Source: Neocallimastix sp. 'constans' | Lineage: Eukaryota | DNA length: 50,708 nucleotides | Assembly: GCA_050613775.1 (NCBI GenBank) | Contig: JBODTK010000147.1 | Span: 372,001 to 422,708, forward strand | Direction: 5' to 3' | In this document: one piece after another, positions 42,801 to 50,708 of the stretch | Position numbering within the stretch: position 1 is the first letter of the stretch | Layout of the letters: each line of letters opens with the position of its first letter | Made by a program: the position numbers and the translations under genes | Notes under the pieces: generated by a model | Seen by the model: the letters and a program-made list of their open reading frames with translations, nothing else | What the model was told of the DNA's origin: nothing | Database searches by the model: none

Positions 42801-43330
42801 AAATATGAGAAACACAACTTTAAGTATCCTGAATTTAGCATTAGCATTTGCTTCCGATGGGTACTTCATGCCAAATGTGGATATAAATTCGATGCTCATG
42901 TTGCCAAAGCAGCCAAAACGATTGAAGACCACGGTGTAAATATATATGTGACGTGGTACCGATTATATATAAATTCCTTCTTGGTGGAAAAGATGTAGAC
43001 ATTATTAATTTAAATTCTTAAAAGGAATGGGATGTTTTGTTTACTAATCAAATCATTTCTGGTGATTATTCCAAAACACCATTCTTTGGTGCAATCTGGG
43101 GCTCTCTTTACACAAATTATGCCTCGGGCTAGTACTTGACAAGGGTTATTATTCCCGAAAGTATAAACGCAGACTAACCAGGAGCGTTAACGCTGAAAAT
43201 GCAGTTAAGATAGGCTAGCAGGACCAATGCGCCTCTGAAGGAGAAGACCATAATTTCTTTCAGATAGTCAATTCAAACTCTAATCCTGAATAAGTAATAT
43301 GGAGGTTGAGGTTCGTTGTATATAAACTTT
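39870..43330 (+). mobile_element. Decayed non-LTR (LINE) retrotransposon with APE endonuclease and reverse transcriptase remnants
   Basis: Motif remnants in the expected order across stops and frameshifts: xNTNG (~40121), LQE (~40205), DIDHV (~40748), SDHKP (~40825), PDGIPIEF (~41645), RGISL (~41861), QYGFR (~41963), DLKKAYD (~42071), GVR*GC..SP (~42240), LFADDI (~42350), YLGV (~42579). Boundaries are approximate. Confidence 0.9.
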
Positions 43331-43708
43331 ATTCCGAATTTATTTATACACTTTATTTTTGAATATTACTTTTGATTTCACATCATTAAATAAAATATTA
43401 TTATGTTCTAATTGGACAAATAATATTTATTTTTTTATTAATTCTGTGTTTTTTTTTTTTAAAATAAAAAAATATTTATGTAATTAATAAATGAATAAAT
43501 AAATAAAATTAAAGTTCGTAATAATTGCAGATATAAAAAAAAAAAAAAAAAACCTTTTATATATTTATAAATACATTAAATTACATTATTACATTAAATT
43601 ACATTATCATTTACGTAAATCTATTACATATATGTGGCACATTGATATTTATTACATTATTCATTACCATTATTTTTTATAAAGTTTTAACTTTTAATAA
43701 TATGTCCA

Positions 43709-44061
43709 CTGAAGCGGGGTGATTCCTGCGTATTGTAAATCCTCATTAGTTAATGTATCTGCGTGTTCATCACGTGTTAGGATAGATTTCCTAATTTGGA
43801 GAAAGGTAATGTAGTAAATAAATAATAATGTTATAGTGTATGTAGTTGTGGCTTGCCGTATCCATCATCTTCAAATCTTGTGGTTCTGTAATCCGTGACT
43901 GAGAGCGTCGACGCCGAAATGGTATGGCATGGGAGCACTTTGTTGTATCCTGATACACCCGATATAAAGTTTGTCTGATATTAGTTGTCTGTTGTGGCTG
44001 GGATGATATGATCAAGACCTACAAGGGATAGTCTAAAAAAAAAAAAAAAAAAAAAAAAAAA
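43709..44061 (+). mobile_element. Short retroposed insertion (SINE or 5'-truncated LINE), ~353 bp, with poly(A) tail and 14-bp target-site duplication
   Basis: GC-richer island ending in A27 (44035-44061), flanked by TAATAATATGTCCA at 43695-43708 and 44062-44075. Confidence 0.88.
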
Positions 44062-44062
44062 T

Positions 44063-44102
44063 AATAATATGTCCAAAAGTTTAAACTTTTGGACATATTA
44101 TT
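44063..44102. repeat. Perfect 40-bp palindrome
   Basis: aataatatgtccaaaagttt|aaacttttggacatattatt is its own reverse complement. Confidence 0.97.
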
Positions 44103-44516
44103 CTTTTTATTATTATTATTATTATCTTCTTTAAAAGAAATATATTAAAAAAAACAATGATAGAAATAAAAAATAATACGATAAAACATTTTATATTAAA
44201 TATTTATATAAATATGTATCATACATAAAATCAAATAAATAAATTCATTAGAAAGTAAAAAATAAATAAATAAATAAATAATTAATTAATTAATTAATTA
44301 ATTAGTTAATTAATTTTGCCTTGTAAAAATAGTAAATAAAGCAAATTTGTAATTATTTTATATTTATATAATTTATTTACTTATAATGAAAAAATACTCA
44401 ATGTAAATTATGAATTAAATAGGATGAGATATCTTTATTTGAAAAATCAAGAAAAAAAAAAAAAAAAAGAAAAAAAGAAAAAAAAAATTGATTGATAAAA
44501 TAGAGAAATTATTATA

Positions 44517-47500
44517 ATGATAGGTAATAGATGTAAAGAAAACGAACTATTAAAAGTAATTAATAGTGGAAAAATTGAAAAATTAACTGAAATCTTAGTT
44601 TTTATAAATAGAAATGAAAATAAAAGTATTTTGAATATAGAGAAAAATGAAAATGGGGATTATCCATTATTATTAGCCATTTCTAAAAATAATTTTAAAA
44701 TAATTAAATTATTAATAAATTTTGCCCTTAATAAAAAGATTATTTTGGAAATAAATGGAAAAAATAATAATGGAGATTATCCACTTTTAAGAGCTATAGA
44801 TAATGGTAATATTGAAATAATGAAATTATTAATAGATTATGCCAATGAAAATAATATTATTTTGGAAATAAATAAAAAAGATGAAAATGGAAAATTTCCA
44901 CTTTTACAAGCTATTGAAAAGGATAATATTGAAATGGTGAAATTATTAATAGATTATGCCAATGAAAATAATACTATTTTGAAATTAAATGAAAAAGATG
45001 AAAATGGAAAATTTCCATTTTTACAAGTTGTTGAAAAGGATAATATTGAAATCATGAAATTATTAATAAATTATGCTAATAAAATTAGCATTATTTTGGA
45101 AATAAATGAAAAAGATGAAAATGGAAAATTTCCACTTTTACAAGCTGTTGAAGAGGATAATATTAAAATGGTGAAATTATTAGTAAATTATGCTAATAAA
45201 AAAAATATTATTTTGGAAATAAATGAAAAAGATAAAAATGGAAAATTTCCACTTTTATATGCTATTTCTATTAATAATATTGAAATGGTGAAATTATTAA
45301 TAAATTATGCCAATAAAAATAACATTATTTTGGAAATAAATAAAAAAGATGAAAATGGCAAATTTTCACTTTTACAAGCTATTGAAGAGGATAAAATTAA
45401 AATGATAAAATTATTAGTAAATTATGCTAATAAAAATAACATTATTTTGGAAATAAATGAAAAAGACGAAAATGGCAAATTTCCACTTTTACAAGCTGTT
45501 GAAAAGGATAAAATTAAAATGGTGAAATTATTAATAGATTATGCCAATAAAAATAAAAAAAAATATATTTTAAAATTAAATGAAAAAGATAATTATGGAA
45601 ATTTTCCACTTTTATATGCTATTTCTATTAATAATATTGAAATGGTGAAATTATTAATAGATTATGCCAATAAAAATAACATTATTTTGGAAATAAATAA
45701 AAAAGATGAAAATGGCAAATTTCCACTTTTGCAAGCTGTTGAAGAGGATAAAATTAAAATGGTGAAATTATTAATAGATTATGCCAATAAAAGTAACATT
45801 ATTTTGGAAATAAATGAAAAAGGTGAAAATGGAAAATTTCCACTTTTGCAAGCCTTTGAAAGAGATAATATTGAAATGGTGAAAATATTATTAAATTATG
45901 CCAATGAAAATAAAATTATTTTAAAATTAAATGAAAAAGATGAAAATGGTGACTATCCACTTTTGCAAGCCTTTGAAAGAAATAATATTGAAATAGTGAA
46001 ATTATTAATAAATTATGCCAATGATAATAACATTATTTTGGAAATAAATGAAATAAATAAGTTTATGAAATCTTTATTTTTAAAAGCTATTAAAGAAAAT
46101 AATATTGAAATAGTACAATTATTAATAGATTATACCAATAAAAATAACATTATTTTGGAAATAAGTGAGAAAGATGACAATGGAAAATTTCCACTTTTAT
46201 ATGCAATTTTTAATAATAATATTGAAATGGTGAAATTATTAATAGATTATGCCAATAAAAATAACATTATTTTAGAAATAAATGAAAAAGATGAAAATGG
46301 TGACTATCCACTTTTACAAGCTCTTGAAGATGATAATAATAAATTAGTAAAATACTACAATTTTATAAATTTTCTCAATAGTAATAATTTTCTTTTACAA
46401 AATAATAAAAAAAACAAGCATAGACGATCTCTACTTTTAAAAGCCTTTGAAAGATATAATAAATTATATTATGTCAATAGAAATAATATTAGTTTGATAT
46501 TAAATGAAAAAGATGAAAATGGAAAATTTCCACCTTTACAAACTGTTGAAAAAGATAATATTGAAAAAATAGTGAAATTATTAGTTAACTATGCTAATAA
46601 TAATAACATAATTTTGGAAATAAATAGAAAAGATAAAAATGGAAAATTTCCACTTTTACAAGCTGTTGAAATGGATAAAATTAAAACAGTGAAATTATTA
46701 GTAAATTATGCTAATAAAAATAACATTATTTTAGAAATAAATGAAAAAGATGAAAATGGAAAATTTCCATTTTTACAAGCTGTTGAAAAGGATGAAATTA
46801 AAATGGTGAAATTATTAATAGATTATGCTAATAAAAATGCCATTATTTTGAAAATAAATGAAAAAGATAAAAATGGAATTTTTCCACTTTTATATGCAAT
46901 TTCTAATAATAATATTGAAATGGTGAAATTATTAATAGATTATGCCAATAAAAATAACGTTATTTTAGAAATAAATGAAAAAGATGAAAATGGTGACTAT
47001 CCACTTTTACAAGCTCTTAAAGATGATAATAATAAATTAGAAAAATTCTTGAATTTTATAAATTTTCTCAATAGTGATAATTTTGTTTTACAGAATAATA
47101 AAAAAAATAAGCATAGACGATCTCTACTTTTAAAAGCCTTTGAAAGATATAATAAATTTTATTATGGCAATGAAAAAGATGAAAATGGAAAATTTTCACC
47201 TTTACAAACAGTTGAAAAGGATAATGTTGAAATGGTGGAATTATTATTAATAGATTATGCTAATAAAAATAACATTATTTTTGAAATAAATAAAAAAGAT
47301 AAAGATGGAAAATATTCATTATCATATGCTATAAGTAATTATAATATTGAAATAGTGAAATTATTAATAGATTATGCCAACAAAAATAATATTATTTTAA
47401 TGCTAAATGATAAAAATCGTCATGGAAAATATCCATTTTTATATGCTATTTCTAATAATAATATTGAAATGATGAAATTATTAATAAATTATGCCAATGA

Positions 47501-50500
47501 AAATAATATTATTTTGAAATTAAATGAAAAAGATAAAAATGGAAAATTTCCACTTTTACAAGCTGTTGAAAAGGATAATATTGAAATCATAAAATTATTA
47601 ATAAATTATGCTGATAAAAATAACATTATTTTGGAAATAAATAAAAAAGATAAAGATGGAAATTATTCATTATCATTAGCAATAAGTAATTATAATATTG
47701 AAATGGTGAAATTATTAATAGGTTATGCCAACAAAAATAATATTATTTTAAAGTTAAATGATAAAGATTATCATAGAAAATATCCATTTTTATATGCTAT
47801 TTCTAATAATAACATTGAAATGACGAAATTATTAATAAATTATGCCAATGAAAGTAATATTACTTTGAAAATAAATGAAAAAGATGAAAATGGAAAATTT
47901 CCATTTTTACAAGCTGTTGAAAAGGATAATATTGAAATAGTGAAATTATTAATAAATTATGCCAATGAAAATAAAAACATTTTAAAATTAAATGAAAAAG
48001 ATAAATATAGAATATATTCACTTTTATATGCTATTTCTAATAATAATACTGAAATGGTGAAATTATTAATAAATTATGCCAATGAAAATAACATTATTTT
48101 AAAACTAAATGAAAAAGATAAATATGGAGTATATTCACTTTTATGTGCTATTTCCAATAATAATATTGATATGATGAAATTATTAATAAATTATGCCAAT
48201 AAAAATAACATTATTTTGGAAATAAATAAAAAAGATGAAAATGGCAAATTTCCACTTTTACAAGCTATTGAAAAGGATAATATTGAAATGGTGAAATTAT
48301 TAATAGATTATGCCAATGAAAATAATACTATTTTGAAATTAAATGAAAAAGATGAAAATGGAAAATTTCCATTTTTACAAGTTGTTGAAAAGGATAATAT
48401 TGAAATCATGAAATTATTAATAAATTATGCTAATAAAATTAGCATTATTTTGGAAATAAATGAAAAAGATGAAAATGGAAATTTTCCACTTTTACAAGCT
48501 GTTGAAGAGGATAATATTAAAATGGTGAAATTATTAGTAAATTATGCTAATAAAAAAAATATTATTTTGGAAATAAATGAAAAAGATAAAAATGGAAAAT
48601 TTCCACTTTTATATGCCATTTCTATTAATAATATTGAAATGGTGAAATTATTAATAAACTATGCCAATAAAAATAACATTATTTTGGAAATAAATGAAAA
48701 AGATGAAAATGGAAATTATCCATTTTTACAAGCTGTTGAAAAGAATAATATTGAAATCATGAAATTATTAATAAATTATGTCAATAAAAATAACATTATT
48801 TTAGAAATAAACAAAAAAAATAATAATCATTATTTCCCTATATTTGAAATAATGGATAATGATAATCATGAGTTATTTGATTTATTAATGGAATATGCAA
48901 AAGAAAAGGATATAAAATTGAAAATCAACGAAAACGATATTGAAAAAGTAATATCGAAAAATTTAAATAATGTAAAAATAAAGAAAATTTCAGAAATCAA
49001 AAACAAATTTATTAATCGATTATATAAATATAAAAATGAAAATATAATTGAAATAAATTATAGTAAAAATGGTTGCTTAAAAAAAAGAATTGAAAAATTT
49101 ATTGAAGAAAGAAAAAATAAGAAAAATGAAAAAAATAGAAATTACAATGAAATCTTATTAACATATGAATGTAAAAGGGGCAACATTAAAGAAGTAAAAA
49201 AATTAATAAGTAATGGAGCAAAAATAAATCAAAGAAATAAAGATGGTGATACCCCATTAATCATTGCATGTAAAAAAGGAAATAAAAAATTAGTGAAATA
49301 TTTGTTAAAACATAAAGAAATTGATATTAATAAAAATTCTAAATCTGGAATAAGTCCATTATTTGTAGCATGTTATTTTAAAAATAAAGATTTAGTGAAT
49401 TATCTTATTGATCATAATGCTAAAGTTGATATATTTGATAATAAAGAAAATTCCCCTCTTCATATAGCATGTTATTTAAATAGTACTGAAATTATAAAAT
49501 TTTTAAAAAGTAAAGATATTGATATAATAAACAAAGAAAATTCTTATAAATATACACCATTAAAAATTGCAGAAGAATTAAAGAATGAAGAAACGAAAAA
49601 TTATTTAATTGGTAAAAAAAAAAATAAAATAAAATAAAATAAAATAAAATAATATATAAACAAAATAATATATATATATCTAATTATTACTATTTTAATT
49701 ATTTATTATTTATTATTTCATTATGTACTAATTTAAAAAAAAAAATAAATATTTAATTTACATAGATAATGCCATTGAAAACAATGATTCAGATAGGTAT
49801 GATCTATATTGTATTAATATAATTAATTAATAAATAAATATATTATTTAATATATAATTTGTTTTAAATTATATCTATTGAAATTAAATAAATTAAAATA
49901 CTTTTATTTATTTATATTATTATTTTATTAATTTATTATTTTATTAATTTATTATTTTATTATAAAAGTGAGAATACAAAATGTTCTTCAAGTTTGATTA
50001 ATGAAAATATGTCAATCAAAATGAAACCTATATCGAATAATAAATATAATAATATAAAAAATAATTCTATTTGTCAAATTAAAATCAATAAAAACAATGG
50101 TACAGGTTTTTTTATTGAAATTCCAGTTCCATCGAAAGAATTCCCAATTCGTGGTTTAATGACAAATAGTCATATAATAAATGAAAATATTCTTAAGTCA
50201 GATAAATCATTTATAATTTATAAAGCAGAAAAAGCTATAGAAATAAAAATTAAAGAAAATCTAAGATTTGTATTTACATCCGAACTTTTAGATGTCACTT
50301 TTATGGAATTAGATGATGATATTATTGATGATATTGAGCCAGAATTTCTTTATCCTTGTGATAAAGATGCTGAAGATGGTGAATCAATTTTAATCTTTCA
50401 ATATGCTAAAATTAAATATTCATTGGCTCACGGAAATATAAAATATGCCCGTAGTTTCAATTATTACCATGAAGCACCTACTGCTTCTGGATCATCTGGC

Positions 50501-50708
50501 TCACCACTTTTAAATAATGAATTTAAAGTAGTAGGTATTCACAAATCAAAAAAAATTGAATTTAATAAAAATGATGACAATGAAAATCAAGAAAATAATG
50601 ATAAAAAATGTATAAATATAGCCACTAAATATACTGAAATTGAATTTGCCATAAGAAAATTATATGAAAATAGTAACTTAGATGGAATAGAAAAAGCTCG
50701 AGAATCAG
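44517..50708 (+). CDS. Giant ankyrin-array + trypsin-like serine protease, long copy, 3'-truncated by the window; join(44517..49611,49766..49796,49969..>50708)
   Basis: About 35 tandem 39-aa ankyrin-like repeats (NEKDENGKFPLLQAVEKDNIEMVKLLIDYANKNNIILEI). From 48852 the sequence is near-identical to the short copy, including both introns and the 31-nt micro-exon. Exon 3 keeps TNSHI, LDVTF and GSSGSP and is open to the window end. The true start may involve upstream exons. Confidence 0.88.

Noticed and set aside
41154..42998. Small ORFs (41154, 41516, 42759) as independent genes
   Set aside because: They are fragments of the broken LINE ORF2.
43895..43925. Hammerhead ribozyme (ctgagag...cgaaa)
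   Set aside because: CUGAGA lacks one base of the CUGANGA core, and I could not form stems I and III.

Overview
Extremely AT-rich eukaryotic DNA with GT-AG introns and long homopolymer and microsatellite tracts. The gene content and composition fit an anaerobic gut fungus (Neocallimastigomycota); this is inferred, not proven. In order, the window holds: a spliced triple-HMG-box gene (6162-8309); a decayed LINE 3' end; an intronless tubulin-folding cofactor E gene; three tandem minus-strand paralogues of an uncharacterised acidic/coiled-coil protein, split by a ~3.1 kb homogeneous 47-bp satellite; a secreted GH5 endoglucanase with unusual [11 protein letters not shown] repeats and a non-dockerin 6-Cys tail; and two tandem copies of a spliced ankyrin + trypsin-like serine protease gene, separated by a decayed LINE and a short poly(A)/TSD retro-insertion. 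The ORF track splits the ankyrin and protease parts, but matching splice sites and a 31-nt micro-exon join them in frame in both copies. One copy carries ~35 variable, internally duplicated 39-aa ankyrin repeats and the other lacks them. This candidate repeat-sensor/protease (immune-like) system is the most interesting signal. All calls are from reading the sequence by eye; no searches were run.
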